From Paraphysomonas bandaiensis (taxonomy: Eukaryota; Protista; Chrysophyceae): a stretch of DNA of 64,000 bases. The notes below the pieces were generated by a model. It was given only the letters and a program-made list of their open reading frames with translations, was not told the DNA's origin and ran no database searches. Numbering within the stretch: the first letter of the stretch is position 1; every line of letters begins with the position of its first letter. The stretch covers positions 1 to 64,000 of the forward strand of contig CBFFRP010000058.1 in NCBI GenBank assembly GCA_965644295.1. Direction: 5' to 3'. Below, in pieces: positions 60,266-64,000 of this stretch. The translations under genes were made by a program, and so were the position numbers.

Positions 60266-61491
60266 ATTGATGATGTGTTAATGGATTATATCCAGTTCGA
60301 CTCGAAGACTTACTTCAGCTTGGAGAAGAATCCTCAGCAGCACTTGAGGAGCAGGGGTTTGATGACCAGCGAATTCTATGGCACAAAAGACTTGGCCATG
60401 TCAACTATGATAAACTGACTGAGTCCGACCGCCGAGGCCTAGTTGATGGAATAAATCTGGACAAGAAATATTTCAGAAAAAAGCACAAAAAAACGATATG
60501 CAAATGTAATACCTGCATGCGATCGAAACTCACTAGAAAGAACTTCAGGACTCCACGCCAGTTGATGAACTTAGACAACAACCCAAAGGAGAGAGGGGTG
60601 CTCAGTGCAGATACGATGGAAGTCCTAAACACGCCATCGATGGAAGGCTACAAACATGTGTTACTATTCAAGCACAGTGATGCAAAACATGTATGGGCTT
60701 ATGGGTTGAAAAACAAGACTGGGAGTGAAGTGTTAAAGTGTATGAAGGACATGGTAGAGACCCAACTTGTCAAAGAAGGATTGCAACTACGACGATATCA
60801 TGCAGATGGCGCAGGAGAATTAGTAGGGCAACATGTCAGGCAGTACTTACGTGAAACCACCAGCACAAGGACTGTACAGGTTACTTGGACTCCACGTGAT
60901 ACACCCGAAATGAATTCGCTATCGGAACGAACTAATCGTACAGTGAAGGAGATGGCTCTTGCTATATTGCTCGATAGTGGCATGCCATCAGTATTTTGGT
61001 TCAAAGCAGTCTTGCATGCTGTATATCTGATCAACAGGTTACCTACGAAGACAACGAAAGGATACATCTCACCTTTTGAGTATATTACTGGAACCGCACC
61101 AGATGTGAGTGACTTGAAGATCTGGGGCTGCAAGGCATGGGCTATTGTGCCGAAGGAGCAGCGCCGCAAAGAGTGGAAAGAAAAGGGAAAGCCTGGATAC
61201 TATATGGGACAATGTCAACAACCTGTAGGACACCAAATATATATTCCAGACCTGAATGCTATTATTGTTGCGGTCAATGCACAGTTTGATGAGTCTATTC
61301 CAGAGCGTTCACAGGAGTATTTCGACGAAATAGATAATCTACAAATTGACACCTCAGAAACAGCAGAGAGTGTAAATGATTATCAGTACCTGGTGGGCCT
61401 CAGACATCTTGATGGACACCTGTACTGTAAGCCGATATACATGATACGCCAAACAGAGCAACAACAAATGGTGTATAACCATTATATTTGA
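60266..61491 (+). pseudogene. Ty1/Copia integrase fragment
   Basis: CKCNTC, SADT, YHADGAGE, PEMNSLSERTNRT, FW..AV..A.Y.INR.P, WGCKAW. Confidence 0.9.
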
Positions 61492-62307
61492 TACATCACC
61501 AGAGAGAAAGAAGCAGACGAAGATAATGATCCATATAATATATATATGCTGCTGACGAACAGAGCAACATCCTCTGGGAACACATATTGGAGTACAAGCT
61601 GGTGCACAGTGAAACCCTTGTGGATAAGATAAAGCAATCATCATCGTCGAACTCTTGATAAATAACTACTCTCGTTGAATAAAGAGAAGAGAATCCATGC
61701 TCTCAAACACAACTGCTGTGCGAGGCTAACATATGACTCACAACAAGCGATCTCTTACTGCAGGGTTGACTCCCTGAGAAGGCGAATAGTAGTCATCGAA
61801 AGAATATTCACAGCCATCAACATGAAGTCTAACCACTCCTGGTGTATCACCGGACAAAGCGTCTCAAGGTGTCAAAATCAGCACACATGGTGGAGACAAG
61901 TCATCAAAATCAGATTGACTGGAATGGACATGTGCATTAGTGTATACACTACTGTCATCTCCTTAAAGTCATATATTACACACTGCAGGAACTCAAACAA
62001 GGAACAGACAGACTGTCGATTTGTTTTCAGTGCCCAAAAAAAATGCATATTCTCCGGAAATATTCTCTTAAAAATAACGATTTTCCGAGTTTTAACAAAA
62101 AGGTACATATTTTCCGGAAATTGATTCCAAAACCCCCGGATTTTCGAGTTTTCGAGAAACAGCAGAGTTCAAAGGAAGCACATTGTGTATTTCGTCTGTG
62201 TACAGATGACAGGCTTGTTTCATATGTTGATGCCGTCATTCCACCAGTGATGTGGAGGCGAACAAACAAATAAATAAGGTTGGTTATCGTAACCATCTGT
62301 TGCCAAC

Positions 62308-62722
62308 AAGTTAAAGTATGAAGTACTTTAGAGGAGAAAGGTATATTATATGTTAAGGACAACTGATGTAAACATGTCAATGTGTGATGACAATGAATGG
62401 ATATGCATGCATGTGACATACTATCCATTCATTCATAATACGTAGTGCGTATGTGATAGGAAAACTACGGAAGCGAAGTTTACACTTCAACTCCACCAAT
62501 CAACCTATGTTAGATGTAAATAAATAAGTTAAAGTATGAAGTACTTTAGAGGAGAAAGGTATATTATATATATTAAGGACAACTGATGTAAACATGTCAA
62601 TGTGTGATGACAATTAATGGATATGCATGCATGTGACATACTATCCATTCATTCATAATACGTAGTGCGTATGTGATAGGAAAACTACGGAAGCGAAGTT
62701 TACACTTCAACTCTCCCCCTAA
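62308..62722 (-). repeat. Tandem LTR-like repeat (about 218-bp period), related to 52790-52910
   Basis: 62308-62493 is repeated at about 62526-62712. A minus-strand purine tract AGGGGGAGAG adjoins 62711. Confidence 0.65.
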
Positions 62723-64000
62723 AACTAAGCGTACGTATGTAATGGACAACATGAAAACTAGGTACTAAGCTAGATACTGAAAATAGATACTGAAAACCCG
62801 AAAAGAAAACCATGATGGTATGATGGATGCATGGGAAAACAAAAGGGAAAGTATCCAATAGTAGAATATATATACCATAACTATAAGATATAGTGTGTGC
62901 AGAGGACCAGATGGGGCTTACCATCTACGAGTCATACACTCCCACTAATATAATATATATATAGGTAATGACATATGTATATATAATATATGTATATATA
63001 TATATACTGATATTATGAACACAACGATCATCGTATCGTAGAACCACTATAGTTCTGAAGAAGTCAAACACAAACTTCAAAGCAAACCAATCCACGCTAT
63101 GACAACATACGAGGTTCATATGGAGTAGACGAAGAATTGAATCAACTATATATGCTTGTAATATTGCCTGACATGGTTAAACAAACCAAATATAGAATAT
63201 CATAGCATTGATAATATATATGTACATTGTGTTGATAATATTATAAGATAATGCATAACAATGCACAACAGGTGAATCTTAATGATTATAATCAATATAG
63301 TATTGTATACCTGTCACCTTGAAATGCTTGAAAATCATGAACAGCATAATATGGAAATGCTTTTCTGTTGAATGTCTACATGACAACAATGAAAGAACAG
63401 ATAAAACATATTAAATCACTGGACTATATAGAGCCAGCAGGTAAATACAAACGCTGAACTGATAATTGCATATATCGCATGAAAGTGCGCAATGCAGATT
63501 AAGATAATCGGTGCCTCTATAATAGGGCAGCAGAGTTAAAACTCTGATTGTGAGGCTGTTCTACCTGTGGAACAAAGCCAGCACTATTCCATACTAGTGG
63601 AAATAAAAGAGATATATATGCCTGCCTTTTATAATGATAAGGGGCTAAAATATGATATGCCTGCCATAAATAGGGGGCAATAAACTGATATATGATATGC
63701 CTGCCTTGTATAGGGGGCAATGAACTGATATGCCTGCCTTACCAATGAGGGGCTGTACCATTTGAGTATAAGATGCCTGCTAATGAGCGGCAATAATATG
63801 ACTGTGAATCCGACTGCTGTGCCCTATGCGGGGAGCTTGTCGACACGTCAAATGCATCTGATTCATCACAGATAACTCAATATTGGGAGGTGCTGTTCTC
63901 TCAACCGAATCATCGTCGGGAGGTATACGAGCTCCTTCAACAATAGACTTCAATGGAGCGACCGTCAGTCTGAGGGGTCATATCGAAAGCCGGCTGTAAC

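Overview
Eukaryotic, transposon-saturated DNA (probably a protist or alga; the taxon cannot be fixed from this window). Only one intact host gene is evident, a UPF0390/C19orf53-like small basic protein at 44563-44940. There is also a frameshifted TLC/NTT-like nucleotide transporter at about 39883-41515. The rest is nested mobile DNA: (1) a full-length chromodomain Ty3/Gypsy element with identical LTRs and a 4-bp TSD, inserted into the RT YxDD codons of (2) a decayed Ty1/Copia element that still has near-identical LTRs, a 5-bp TSD and a 129-bp dimeric satellite; (3) three members of a divergent gag-like family with no pol; (4) at least six fragments, in three subfamilies, of an RT+RNase H non-LTR retrotransposon; (5) further Copia fragments; (6) TIR DNA elements, including a 3.7-kb foldback, a TA-flanked 3.4-kb element, CACTA and TTA-TSD MITEs, and a Sola/DUF7869-like remnant; (7) an inverted-duplication rearrangement. 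The most interesting signals are three. None of the three LTR elements with an intact LTR-leader junction has a canonical tRNA primer-binding site: the Copia leader is perfectly complementary (11 bp) to its own LTR, the Tf1-like self-priming geometry, and the other two share an AT-rich palindrome. The LINE 3' UTR carries a hairpin RNA motif with compensatory base changes across four variants. The gag-only LTR family is the third.
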